A DNA stretch of 64,000 nt from an uncultured Phycisphaerales bacterium. GTDB lineage: Bacteria; Planctomycetota; Phycisphaerae; Tepidisphaerales; Tepidisphaeraceae. The position numbers and the translations under genes are program-made. The stretch is taken from NCBI GenBank assembly GCA_963758525.1, contig CAVWVQ010000003.1, forward strand, positions 384,001 through 448,000, given 5' to 3'. Under the pieces are notes generated by a model. It worked only from the letters and a program-made list of their open reading frames with translations. It had not been told where the DNA came from and made no database searches. This document shows positions 52,255 to 64,000 of this stretch, piece by piece (positions within the stretch are counted from its first letter, which is position 1; each line of letters begins with the position of its first letter).

Positions 52255-53043
52255 ATGGAAAGCTTCGATTCGGGGTTGCTGGCCGGCTGGCTCAGCGCGC
52301 TGCTGCTGGGCGGTGTCGGCGCGGCGGTCGCGTATCGACGATTTGTCCGGCTGCAGCACCGGGCGCGGCAAGCCGAGCGTCTGGCCGAACTTGGCACGCT
52401 CACCAGCGGGCTCGCTCACGAAATCAAAAATCCATTATCTACCGTTCAATTGAATCTGCAGCTCCTCGGCGAGGATCTGCAGGCCGAGCATCCGGGCGCA
52501 TCGCGGCTGCACAGCCGGCTGCATACCGTCCAGAAAGAGACGCTGCGACTGCGGGAAATTCTCGATGATTTCATGCGCTACGCGGGCAAGCTGGAGATCG
52601 ACCCCAAGCCCGTGGAGGTGAATGGGATGCTCGAAGACCTGGTCGATTTTTTTACGCCGCAAGCGCAAGCGCAGCGCGTGCAGCTTCGGTTGCGGCGCGG
52701 GGACGCGGCGTTGGTGGTGCGACTTGACGAGAAGCTGATCAAACAGGCGATTTTGAACCTGATGATCAACGCCACGCAGGCGATGCCGCCGGAGGGAGGC
52801 GAGATCATTCTCTCCGCGCGGCGCGAGGACGAGTGGGCGGTGCTGGAAGTGTTGGACACCGGGCGAGGCATCGCGCCCGAGGCGGTGGCGAAGATCTTCG
52901 ACGCCTACTATTCGACCAAGAGCGGAGGGACGGGACTGGGGCTTGCGATCACCCGGCGCGTGGTGCAGGAACATCGCGGGAAGATTTCCGTCAGCAGCGA
53001 GCCGGGGAAGGGAACTGTGTTCTCCATCGCACTGCCGGTTTGA
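52255..53043 (+). CDS. Sensor histidine kinase (single TM helix, no obvious sensor domain)
   Basis: LAHEIKNPL, NL..NA, DTG.GI, GTGLGL. Confidence 0.94.
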   Translation: MESFDSGLLAGWLSALLLGGVGAAVAYRRFVRLQHRARQAERLAELGTLTSGLAHEIKNPLSTVQLNLQLLGEDLQAEHPGASRLHSRLHTVQKETLRLREILDDFMRYAGKLEIDPKPVEVNGMLEDLVDFFTPQAQAQRVQLRLRRGDAALVVRLDEKLIKQAILNLMINATQAMPPEGGEIILSARREDEWAVLEVLDTGRGIAPEAVAKIFDAYYSTKSGGTGLGLAITRRVVQEHRGKISVSSEPGKGTVFSIALPV

Positions 53044-53071
53044 ACGCCTTTCCGCTACGATCTGATTCGCG

Positions 53072-54442
53072 ATGGCAGAAAACGACATCAAAAAGGCCTC
53101 GGTGCTGGTGGTCGATGACGAGCGCGAACACGCGCAGGTTATGTGCGAGGCGCTGGAGCGCCAGGGGCACCGGTGCGATGTCACCTATAACCTGGCCGAG
53201 GCGCGCTCGAAGCTGGAGCGCAAGCCATACGACGTGGTGGTGACCGACCTGGTGATGGAGGGGAAGCGCGATGGATTGGAGCTATTGCGGCTGACCAAGC
53301 AGCGCGATCCGGCGCCGCCTGTTATTCTCGTCACCGCGCATGGAGACGTTCCGACCGCCGTGAGCGCGATGAACGAAGGCGCTTACAGCTTCATTGAAAA
53401 GCCGCTGGATCTGGAGCACTTTCGGCTGCAGGTGAACCGCGCGGCCGAGCGGAGTGCTCTGCTCAAACAAAACCAGATCCTCCAGGAGCAGATCGGCGAT
53501 CACGCGGGCTTCGAGGGAATCATCGGCACCAGCAGCGGAATGCAGAAAGTGGTGCAAACCGCCCGGCAGGTGGCGCCCAGTGACATTCCCGTGCTCATCA
53601 TGGGCGAAAGCGGCACCGGAAAAGAACTGGTGGCCAAGGCCATTCACAACAACAGCCGGCGGCGAAAGCATCGGCTGGTCGCGCTGAATTGCGCCGGGCT
53701 GAGCGAGAGCATCCTGGAGGACGAACTGTTTGGGCACGTGCGCGGGGCCTATACCGATGCGCGCGGCGAGCGCGAGGGGCGATTCGAGCATGCCGATCGC
53801 GGAACGCTTTTCATGGATGAGATCGGCGACATGCCCGGCGCCATGCAGGCGAAGCTGCTGCGCGTGCTGGAAAACGGGGAAGTGGTCCGCCTTGGATCCA
53901 ACGATCCGATCAAGGTGGACGTGCGCCTGATCAGCGCCACCAATCAACGGCTTGAGGAAATGGTTGCCGAGAAGCACTTCCGCGAAGACCTCTATTTCCG
54001 CATCAAGGGCATTGCCATCACCATCCCCCCGCTGCGCGAGCGGCGGCAGGATATCCCGCTGCTGCTGCATTACTTCCTGAAGCAATCGTGCGAACGCCAC
54101 GGCAAGGTCATCTCGGAACTCGATCCCGAGGCGCAGCAGGTGCTGATGAGCTACTCCTGGCCGGGCAATGTGCGCGAGCTGCGGAACGCGATCGAGCGGA
54201 TGGTGGTGCTCAGCTCGGGAACGACGATCCGGATGGACGCGCTGCCGCCGGAAATTCGCCCCGTCTCCGGCGAGGCGCTGGGCGGGATGAACAACCTCGT
54301 CGGCATCAGCATCGAGCAGGCGGAGAAGGAACTGATCCGCAACACGCTGAAGCTGGTCAACGGCAATCGCGAACAGGCGGCCAAAATCCTCGGGATCGGC
54401 GAGAGGACGCTTTATCGCAAGATCAAGGAATATGATTTGTAG
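53072..54442 (+). CDS. Sigma54-dependent NtrC-family response regulator
   Basis: REC domain, GESGTGKE, ELFGHVRGAYTDA, WPGNVREL, Fis-type HTH. Confidence 0.96.
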   Translation: MAENDIKKASVLVVDDEREHAQVMCEALERQGHRCDVTYNLAEARSKLERKPYDVVVTDLVMEGKRDGLELLRLTKQRDPAPPVILVTAHGDVPTAVSAMNEGAYSFIEKPLDLEHFRLQVNRAAERSALLKQNQILQEQIGDHAGFEGIIGTSSGMQKVVQTARQVAPSDIPVLIMGESGTGKELVAKAIHNNSRRRKHRLVALNCAGLSESILEDELFGHVRGAYTDARGEREGRFEHADRGTLFMDEIGDMPGAMQAKLLRVLENGEVVRLGSNDPIKVDVRLISATNQRLEEMVAEKHFREDLYFRIKGIAITIPPLRERRQDIPLLLHYFLKQSCERHGKVISELDPEAQQVLMSYSWPGNVRELRNAIERMVVLSSGTTIRMDALPPEIRPVSGEALGGMNNLVGISIEQAEKELIRNTLKLVNGNREQAAKILGIGERTLYRKIKEYDL

Positions 54443-54453
54443 CCAGGTGCAGC

Positions 54454-54960
54454 ATGCTCCCCTCATTTCGAATCGGTCACGGTTATGACATTCACCGCCT
54501 GCAGGACGGCGGCAAGCTCGTGCTCGGAGGCGTGGTTGTGGCCGAGGGAATCAGCCCCGTGGCGCACAGCGATGGCGACGTCGTCGCGCACGCGGTCGTC
54601 GACGCCCTGTTGGGCGCGATGGGTCTTGGCGATATCGGGGAGCACTATCCAAACAGCGATCCGCAGTGGAAAGGCGTGTCGAGCCGGGTATTTCTCGCCC
54701 GCACCGTGGAGCAGATGACGGCGGCAGGGTTTCGCCCGCATCATCTGGACATCACGATCTTGGCCGAACGACCCAAGCTCAAGCCGTTCAAAAAGCAGAT
54801 GGCAAGCTGGCTTGCCGACGTGCTGGAAATGCCCGCCTCGCGCGTGAATGTCAAAGCCGGTACCAACGAAGGATGCGACGCCATCGGCCGGGGAGAAGCG
54901 ATCGCGGCACACGCCGTGGTGCTGGTCGAGCCGATGGAGAGCGTGCATCCGGCGATGTGA
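54454..54960 (+). CDS. ispF: 2-C-methyl-D-erythritol 2,4-cyclodiphosphate synthase
   Basis: RIGHGYDIH, HSDGDV, GDIG. Confidence 0.96.
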   Translation: MLPSFRIGHGYDIHRLQDGGKLVLGGVVVAEGISPVAHSDGDVVAHAVVDALLGAMGLGDIGEHYPNSDPQWKGVSSRVFLARTVEQMTAAGFRPHHLDITILAERPKLKPFKKQMASWLADVLEMPASRVNVKAGTNEGCDAIGRGEAIAAHAVVLVEPMESVHPAM

Positions 54961-55021
54961 GTGGAAAAAGAAGCGAGTCAGAAGAAAACTGGAGGACGTT
55001 TGTCCTGTGTTTCCGGTCGCT

Positions 55022-55153
55022 TCCGCGAAGGGCAAGCCACGGCGGCGCCGCTGGCAAGCTCGATACGGTCACGACTCCGCGGCTTCCGCTCCTTCTCACG
55101 TTTCACGTCTTCACGTTTCACCCGCTTTTGTCACCTTCCAATCGCCAATCACC
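55022..55153 (+). repeat. Dispersed ~135-bp repeat family, copy B
   Basis: Matches 31638-31779. Confidence 0.85.
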
Positions 55154-55170
55154 CGAAGAGAAGAATCGTT

Positions 55171-55313
55171 GGGTGTAACTTTTATTTGTGGCGATTGCAG
55201 ATTTTGCGATCGTAGGGCGGGATTCATCCCGCCGTTTTCTCAGCCGGCCAACAAATCGGCGGGATGAATCCCGCCCTACTCGGAGCCGATCGCCACTTTC
55301 GAGCGCCACACCC
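55171..55313. mobile_element. 143-bp MITE-like element containing a REP doublet, copy 2
   Basis: Reverse complement of 5758-5900 (one mismatch seen); flanked by direct repeat GAATCGTT (55163-55170 and 55314-55321). Confidence 0.85.
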
Positions 55314-55378
55314 GAATCGTTCTCTGCGCACGACCACCGATTCCCAACCAGCCCCGGCAGTCCTAAGATACCCTCCCT

Positions 55379-56881
55379 ATGGCCCTGCGAGTCTACAACA
55401 CGCTGACGAAACAGAAGGAACTGTTCGAACCCCTCGAGCCTGGCAAGGTGCGCATGTATTTGTGCGGGCCGACCGTCTACAAGTCGCCGCATATCGGGCA
55501 TATGGTCGGGCCGGTCATCTTTGACGCGATCAAGCGATATTTGCGGTTCAAGGGATTTGCCGTCCGATGGGTGATCAACATCACCGACGTCGACGACAAG
55601 CTGATCGCTCGCGCGATGGAGATGAAAACGACGATGCCAGCGCTGGCGGAGAAGTACACCCGGGAATATTTTGACTCGCTGCGGGCGTTTGGAATCGACA
55701 CGGTCGATCACTTCCCGCGCGCTTCGGAGCATATGCCGGAAATCATCGAAATGTGCTCGACCCTGATCGAAAAGGAGACTGCCTACGCCGCCGGCGGAAG
55801 CGTGTGGTTCGACGTGGCGAAGGATTCGGACTACGGGAAGCTTTCGCACCGGAGCATCGAGGAGCAGGAGGCGGGCACGCGTGATCTGGAAGGGTCGGGC
55901 AAACGGAGCCGCGCGGATTTTGCACTCTGGAAAGCCGCCAAACGGGGCGAGCCAAGTTGGGATTCGCCCTGGGGGCCGGGCCGGCCCGGCTGGCATATTG
56001 AGTGTTCGGCCATGAGCCGCAAGCATCTGGGCGTCACGCTCGACATCCACGGCGGCGGCATGGATCTGCTTTTTCCGCATCACGAAAATGAACTTGCCCA
56101 ATCGGAAAGCGCCAGCGGCCAGACGTTTGTCAAATACTGGCTGCACAACGGGCTCACCCGCGTCAACACCAAAAAAATCAGCGGGAGCGACGCGGCCACC
56201 GCCGAGGGCGCGGCCCTGCTGGCGACACTTGCCGTCCGGCACTTGCTGGAGCAGCACGGCCCCGATTTGCTGCGCTATCTCCTGCTCAGCACGCACTATC
56301 GACGACCGATTGAGTTCAGCGAGGAAGTGATCGCTGCCTGCAAGAAAGCGATCGGGGTATTCGAGCGCCTCAATGAGCGCATCGATCGCATTCCGTCCTC
56401 CCACGCCGCCGCGACCGACATCGACGGCGTCGCGGCGCTGCAGCTCACCGCGGCGCAAGGGGAGTTCGTCAAGGCGATGCAGAGTTTGAAGAACAAGTTT
56501 CTGGAGATGATGGACGACGACTTCAATACCGCCGGCGCGATCGCCGTATTGCATGAGTTGGCCGGCGAGATCAACGGATTCATCGAACGCCAGCAACTGG
56601 AGCGCACCCCCGAGCCGCAGTCGGTAACCATCACCGCCGCCGGCGCACAAACGCTTCGCCACCTCGGGCAACTGCTGGGGCTGTTCCGCGCGGATGCAAC
56701 CGCTTCCGCAAAAGACGCCGATCATCTGCCCGATCAGTTGATGCAGTTGATCATCCGCCTTCGCCAGGAAGCCCGCGCCGGCAAGAACTTCGCATTGGCC
56801 GACTCGATCCGAAAGGGCCTCACAGACATCGGCATCACGCTCGAAGACCGCGCCGGCGGCACGGACTGGCGCCGAGCGTAA
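55379..56881 (+). CDS. cysS: Cysteine--tRNA ligase
   Basis: CGPTVY..PHIGH, GRPGWHIECS, DIHGGG.DL.FPHHENE. Confidence 0.98.
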   Translation: MALRVYNTLTKQKELFEPLEPGKVRMYLCGPTVYKSPHIGHMVGPVIFDAIKRYLRFKGFAVRWVINITDVDDKLIARAMEMKTTMPALAEKYTREYFDSLRAFGIDTVDHFPRASEHMPEIIEMCSTLIEKETAYAAGGSVWFDVAKDSDYGKLSHRSIEEQEAGTRDLEGSGKRSRADFALWKAAKRGEPSWDSPWGPGRPGWHIECSAMSRKHLGVTLDIHGGGMDLLFPHHENELAQSESASGQTFVKYWLHNGLTRVNTKKISGSDAATAEGAALLATLAVRHLLEQHGPDLLRYLLLSTHYRRPIEFSEEVIAACKKAIGVFERLNERIDRIPSSHAAATDIDGVAALQLTAAQGEFVKAMQSLKNKFLEMMDDDFNTAGAIAVLHELAGEINGFIERQQLERTPEPQSVTITAAGAQTLRHLGQLLGLFRADATASAKDADHLPDQLMQLIIRLRQEARAGKNFALADSIRKGLTDIGITLEDRAGGTDWRRA

Positions 56882-57045
56882 TCCGCGCCCAGCTGTCAGT
56901 AACGCGTATCCGGCTCTTCATGAACGATGCGTGTCAGCATTGTTCAAGGCCCGGCCGTGCTGAAGACCCCTTCTGCCACGCCCCAACTTCGCGCCGAGCC
57001 GGCAAGCCGAATCGCGCTCGCCATGGCTTGCCCTTCGCGGAAACA

Positions 57046-57336
57046 CTATTCATCCAGATGAACAAGTCCCGGCCCCACCCGCCACTGAACCCCTTCGTCG
57101 GTCACAACTGTGACAGATTTCCGATTGTGCCGGGTAATGACGCCGCGAACATGCTGGCCCGCGGCGGTGGTGAATCGAACCCGCTGACCCAGCCGAAATT
57201 TCATCATCTGCCCGTGACTTCGAATCTGCTGCATGAGCCGCAGCCGTTGAACGATGATATGGTTGAGCTGAACGAGTTCTTCCTCCGTCAGCATGTCCAG
57301 CACGGACAGAACTCTCGGCAGATTCGCTTCACTCAT
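57046..57336 (-). CDS. Hypothetical protein (helix plus SH3-like beta barrel, 96 aa)
   Basis: LTEEEL..LN..IV.RL, F.LGQRV.F, N.KSVTVVT..G..W.V. Confidence 0.75.
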   Translation of the reverse strand: MSEANLPRVLSVLDMLTEEELVQLNHIIVQRLRLMQQIRSHGQMMKFRLGQRVRFTTAAGQHVRGVITRHNRKSVTVVTDEGVQWRVGPGLVHLDE

Positions 57337-57587
57337 TGCTCCAATATTCCTTCCCGATAGCGCACTGTCGAGAGGTGCATCTTGCGTACATGACTTCCGC
57401 GGAAGCGGATGCAACGCCGCCGCCGCGGAATCGGCGGGATAAATCCCGCCCGACCTCGGTGCACGACCGTCGCTGCGTCCTACCCCCTCTCCCGGTATCT
57501 CGGGAGAGGGTCGGGGTGAGGGTGATTTTGAACGCAGAAGATCTCTCGTTTGCAGGTAACGTACCGGCACGATGTAGAATGCCGCCC

Positions 57588-58730
57588 ATGTCGGAACGTT
57601 CGCAAGGCGAGCATTCAGAGCCGGCCGGATACGCGGGGGAGGTCGTGTACCTCTATGCGTTTGACCTGGCGTACGAGATGAATCGCAAGCCGGTGGAGCG
57701 GCTGCTGGGGCAGCCGACTGCGGAATATGTGATCGGGTCGTCGAAGCGGACGCCGAAGCAGCTTTTTTTTCATCGGCCGCTGAGCGTGCGACTGCCGTCG
57801 CTGGAGCGGCCGAGCCCGCAGGGAATTTTGCGGGTCGAGCGTGGGATCAAGGTGCTGCCGATCGGCGCGATCAGCATCACCGTGCGGATCCCGTTCCAGG
57901 TGGACCGTCTGACGGAACTCGTGCCGTTTCACGATCTGCAATTCGGCGGCGGCGTCTATTTGTATGACGAAGTGCGGGCACTGGCCGAGGAAGTTCGCCG
58001 GGAGCTGCGGCCGAATCTCGTTCGGCCGATCGATCAGCTTGGGGACGAGGAGGCTTACACGGTTTTCTGCCTGAACACGTCACCGCGCATTGGACACAGC
58101 TCCGCCGAAGAATGGTTCTTGAATCATCGCCGCGAGGTGGCGGCGCTGCTGACCGAAGAGCCCGACCCGCGGCGATTGGCCGAGCAGGAGGCGATTGAAT
58201 CGACGAGCCGATATCTCAGCTATTACGCGCAGGACCTGGTTGTCGTGGATTGGGATGCCGCCCTGCTGATCGACGAGCCGAAGTTCTTTGATGAAACGCT
58301 GTACGTCATGGAGCTGGCGAACCTCCAACTGGCGGAGCTGGAGGCGTATGACCGGATTCTCGACGACACCGTCGAGCGCTCGTACCGCGATATCTCCAAT
58401 CGGCGGCCCTTCGGCCGACGGACGGCGCGCGTGCAGCGGGGGCTCCGCGAAATCCGCATCGATCTCTCACGACTGAGTGACGAGCTTTCGAACATCACCA
58501 AATTTTTCGGCGACTGGCACCTCGCCCGCCTCTATCAGGCGCTATCGGCGCGATTCCATCTGAGCGACTGGCATAGGACGATCGACGAGAAACTGAAAAC
58601 AGTGGACGATCTCTACGAGCTGCTGCGCGGCGAGCAGAACAATCGGTGGATGCTGATTCTGGAAGGGTCGATGGCATTGCTGTTCATCATCGACGTCGTC
58701 ATTCTGATCATGGGGCTTCGGCATCCTTGA
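57588..58730 (+). CDS. Hypothetical protein, RMD1/DUF155-like with C-terminal TM helix
   Basis: YAFDLA.E, DLVVVDW.AA, GDW.LARLY, ID.KL, LE plus hydrophobic tail. Confidence 0.7.
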   Translation: MSERSQGEHSEPAGYAGEVVYLYAFDLAYEMNRKPVERLLGQPTAEYVIGSSKRTPKQLFFHRPLSVRLPSLERPSPQGILRVERGIKVLPIGAISITVRIPFQVDRLTELVPFHDLQFGGGVYLYDEVRALAEEVRRELRPNLVRPIDQLGDEEAYTVFCLNTSPRIGHSSAEEWFLNHRREVAALLTEEPDPRRLAEQEAIESTSRYLSYYAQDLVVVDWDAALLIDEPKFFDETLYVMELANLQLAELEAYDRILDDTVERSYRDISNRRPFGRRTARVQRGLREIRIDLSRLSDELSNITKFFGDWHLARLYQALSARFHLSDWHRTIDEKLKTVDDLYELLRGEQNNRWMLILEGSMALLFIIDVVILIMGLRHP

Positions 58731-58741
58731 GCGAAATATCC

Positions 58742-59236
58742 ATGCGCATTATCGGCATCGATCCTGGTTTGCGTATCACCGGATACGGCGTCATCGACTG
58801 GAAGCCGATGCATCCCGCGCTGATTGACGGCGGCGTCATTCGATTGACGCCGAAAACACCGCTGGCCGACCGACTCGTGGAACTGCATGGGGAGTTGGAT
58901 CAGCTTTTTGAGGAGCACAAGCCTGACGTGTGTGCCGTCGAGCAGTTGTACGCTCACTACTCACACCCCCGAACGGCGATTCTGATGGGACATGCGCGCG
59001 GGGTGATCCTGCTGGCGGCCAGGAGTCGCGGGATTCGCGTGGAGCACTTTCCCGCAAATCGCATCAAGCAGTCGGTCACGGGCCACGGCCACGCGAGCAA
59101 GCCGCAGATGCAGCGGGCGATTCAGACGCAATGGCGGCTGGCAACGCCGCCCGAGCCGCCGGACGTGGCGGATGCGCTGGCGGTCGCCCTCTGCTGCGGG
59201 ATGCATTTGCAGACCAGCGCTGGTAACGGCAAATAG
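58742..59236 (+). CDS. ruvC: Holliday junction resolvase RuvC
   Basis: IGIDPG..TGYG, AVE, G.ARG, D.ADALAVA. Confidence 0.96.
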   Translation: MRIIGIDPGLRITGYGVIDWKPMHPALIDGGVIRLTPKTPLADRLVELHGELDQLFEEHKPDVCAVEQLYAHYSHPRTAILMGHARGVILLAARSRGIRVEHFPANRIKQSVTGHGHASKPQMQRAIQTQWRLATPPEPPDVADALAVALCCGMHLQTSAGNGK

Positions 59237-59897
59237 TCGATGGGAGCGACTGCACCTGGCGAGCGTGCATGGCTCGCAACGTATAGCGCAAAAAAAATCT
59301 AGCGCACCCATGTCGCTAGACCCGCCCCGCAAAAATTCAAATTTAAGAATCGTCTTCTAAAAAACCCCCGGGCGAACGTGTCGTCCGGCCGACCGCCGGC
59401 CGGACGACACTGCCCGTGGGAACCAACCGCGCTCCATGTCGCCGTCACCGTGACGGCGTTCGTTAAACCTTAGAACAAATGGGGTGCCAGAGGCGCCGCA
59501 GAGATCATTTCCGGGAAAGATCGCGTTTGCCGCTGAAAATTCGCGGTGTTCCCGCAAAATACTTGACGAGCCGCGGAAGATCGGGAAGAGCACTAGCGCA
59601 CTGATTCACCAATCGCCTCCGGTGCGCGCAGAGAGTGCGCAGCGCCGGCGCGAGACAGGAGATTGGAGGTGGTAGATGGGAGCTGAAATGGGCGGATACG
59701 AAAAGGAGACGAGATTGTCGCTGATGTGTCCAGTGGTTGTTTCTCGCTGCCGCGAAGGGCAAGCCACGGCGGCGCCGTTGGCGGATCGGCGCCAACGCCG
59801 TACGGGGCTTTCTTAGGATGTGTCCCGCTTCGAATCCGCCCCTCTGTCCCTGCGCGGCTCAGTTCATCGCGATTCGCAATCGCTGCCTTCGTTCTTC

Positions 59898-60000
59898 CCT
59901 TCGTGCCTCCGCGCCTTCGTGCCTTCCCCCCCCGTGCCTTCTCACCTGTGCCTTCTCACCCGTGCCTTCTCACCCGTGCCTTCCCGCCCGTGCCTTTTCC
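59898..60000. repeat. 8-bp repeat merging into a 14-bp tandem repeat (CCCGTGCCTTCTCA), overlapping the queD stop
   Basis: About 5 copies of the 14-mer. Confidence 0.8.
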
Positions 60001-60791
60001 TCGCTGTACTCGCAAAACGTCTTGGGTGTTTCCCAGAGGGTCACGGAAGCCAGGGAGGCGCCGACGCTGGAGAGGGGAGCGTCGAGAAGGCGGTAGATGA
60101 CGCGGGCAATGTTCTCGACCGTCGGATTGTGCTCCTTGAACTCGGGAAGCTCGACGTTCAGATTGCGATGGTCGAACCGATCGATCACGGTCGACTGCAC
60201 CAGGCGCTCCAGCCGGGGAAGCTCGATCAGCTCGCCGCCGGCGTTGGGCTCGCCGACAAGCGTGACCTGCAGCTCGTAATTGTGCCCGTGGCCATGGGGA
60301 TTGTTGCACTTGCCGAAAAGACGAGTGTTTTCGCCGGCGCTGAGAGCGGCGTTATGAAGCCGATGGGTTGCGGAGAATTCGAACTTCTGACTCAGGCGGA
60401 TCATGGGAAACTCCCGAGCTAAAATGGAAAGAGACAGGAAAGGACTCAGCGCAAGCCGCAGCGAGGTAAGCGTTGTTCCGGGCCAGTCGTCGCGCAGCAG
60501 TGAGAAGAGATCGCGAAGCAGGCGGCCTCCCGCGTCGGTGGCGTCAGAGCGAATGCGCGATTCGACCAGCGGAATTGCCCGCTGGCGAATGGCGCAGTCG
60601 ATTTCCTTGATGTTTCTGAGGTATTGACTGTCCGGCTGCAACTCGCCTTGAAGAGTCACCTGCAGCGCAAAGTAATTCCCCAATCCGGTCAGCGATGGAT
60701 AACCCCCGAAACTGTTGGTCGGCTTGTGCTGAAGTTGGTCGTCGGGATGACGATTGACGGCAAACCGCACCTCCCGCGTCAGGCAAAACAT
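59970..60791 (-). CDS. queD: 6-carboxytetrahydropterin synthase family, tandem two-domain form
   Basis: C-terminal domain FSATHRL, GKCNNPHGHGHNY, DHRNLN, PTVEN, LWET; degenerate N-terminal T-fold domain. Confidence 0.85.
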   Translation of the reverse strand: MFCLTREVRFAVNRHPDDQLQHKPTNSFGGYPSLTGLGNYFALQVTLQGELQPDSQYLRNIKEIDCAIRQRAIPLVESRIRSDATDAGGRLLRDLFSLLRDDWPGTTLTSLRLALSPFLSLSILAREFPMIRLSQKFEFSATHRLHNAALSAGENTRLFGKCNNPHGHGHNYELQVTLVGEPNAGGELIELPRLERLVQSTVIDRFDHRNLNVELPEFKEHNPTVENIARVIYRLLDAPLSSVGASLASVTLWETPKTFCEYSEEKARAGRHG

Positions 60792-60889
60792 GGATGCGAT
60801 TATAGGGCCGCCAGCATGGCAATGACGGCCGATTTACGAGATAATACAGGGTCTGCACATTCGGCGTGTTTTTCGCCCCTCGACCGTGA

Positions 60890-63463
<2,574 letters not shown>

Positions 63464-63538
63464 GGCTGGTGATTGGAACCCGCCACGGCGGGCAGGCTGT
63501 GGAACGTGACGGGATTGGGGTATCGAACTCTCTTTGGT

Positions 63539-63604
63539 GTAGGGCGGGATTTATCCCGCCGAGCGACTGCCGGCAAAGAAACGGCGGGATGAATCCCGCC
63601 CTAC
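63539..63604. repeat. REP doublet
   Basis: GTAGGGCGGGATTTATCCCGCC ... GGCGGGATGAATCCCGCCCTAC. Confidence 0.85.
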
Positions 63605-63709
63605 GCGATGAAAGGTACCCCGACTACGCTGATTCCTTCGCTCAGCGCTCTGCACGAGATCAATCTTCCTTTTCTAACGGCGCGAGCCGCGGCGCGGAAG
63701 CCTCGACTC

Positions 63710-64000
63710 TCAACTCCGCGCGCATTCGCTTCGCCAGGCATTGCGGAAGAGTGCTTCCAGGTCGGCGGTGAAACGCGCTGCATCCATCAGCGGGGACTGT
63801 TCCATACGCCGCCGTAACGACTGGCGCAAGGTCCGCAATCTCGGGAGATCGGCGGCCAGATTCAATCCGATCTGCACGAAATGCTGGGGGGAACCGGCAA
63901 TCAGATCCGTCAGATTGAGGTTTGACAGTTGGCTTACCCCCGCACGCGAGACGGGAGACGTGCCGGCGATCGTCAGCAATGGCACGCCCATCCACAAAGC
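63710..64000 (-). CDS. C-terminus of a SPINDLY/O-GlcNAc transferase family (GT41) protein, truncated by window edge
   Basis: LWMGVP, SR.G.S.L, LR..LR.RM..SPLMD...F..LE. Confidence 0.88.
   Translation of the reverse strand, partial: ALWMGVPLLTIAGTSPVSRAGVSQLSNLNLTDLIAGSPQHFVQIGLNLAADLPRLRTLRQSLRRRMEQSPLMDAARFTADLEALFRNAWRSECARS

Noticed and set aside
58742..59236. RuvC as part of a Cas/TnpB nuclease
   Set aside because: Ordinary 164-aa stand-alone Holliday junction resolvase

Overview
GC-rich bacterial chromosome segment, almost certainly Planctomycetota. Evidence: a DUF1549/DUF1553 protein, a planctomycete cytochrome-c/WD40 protein, an LEPRxLL-type leader, DUF1080, and rpsF-ssb-rplI without rpsR. 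Phycisphaerae/Tepidisphaerales is my inference. The window is mostly housekeeping: tsaB, eno, pfkA, lipoyl-lpdA, tRNA-Gln-glmU-prs-rplY-pth-rpsF-ssb-rplI-dnaB, ispF, cysS, ruvC, a two-domain queD-like gene and gyrB. Accessory genes are interspersed, including two ParE-type toxin-antitoxin pairs, a HEPN two-gene module and a sugar kinase/nucleotidyltransferase pair. About 12 genes, including essential ones, are split by small frameshifts that look like long-read sequencing errors. Intergenic DNA is dense with several palindromic repeat families. The most notable observations: (1) a 143-bp MITE-like element with target-site duplications that carries a REP doublet, present twice; (2) a DivIC/FtsB-like gene after eno whose N-terminus is built from in-frame palindromic repeats; (3) an Amt-family channel with both pore histidines replaced by Gln; (4) a GHMP-kinase/UDPGP fusion operon; (5) a candidate HEPN toxin module; (6) two tandem 34-35 aa membrane peptides missed by the ORF track. 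No CRISPR array, rRNA, phage or transposase was seen. All family assignments come from motif recognition by eye, not from database searches.
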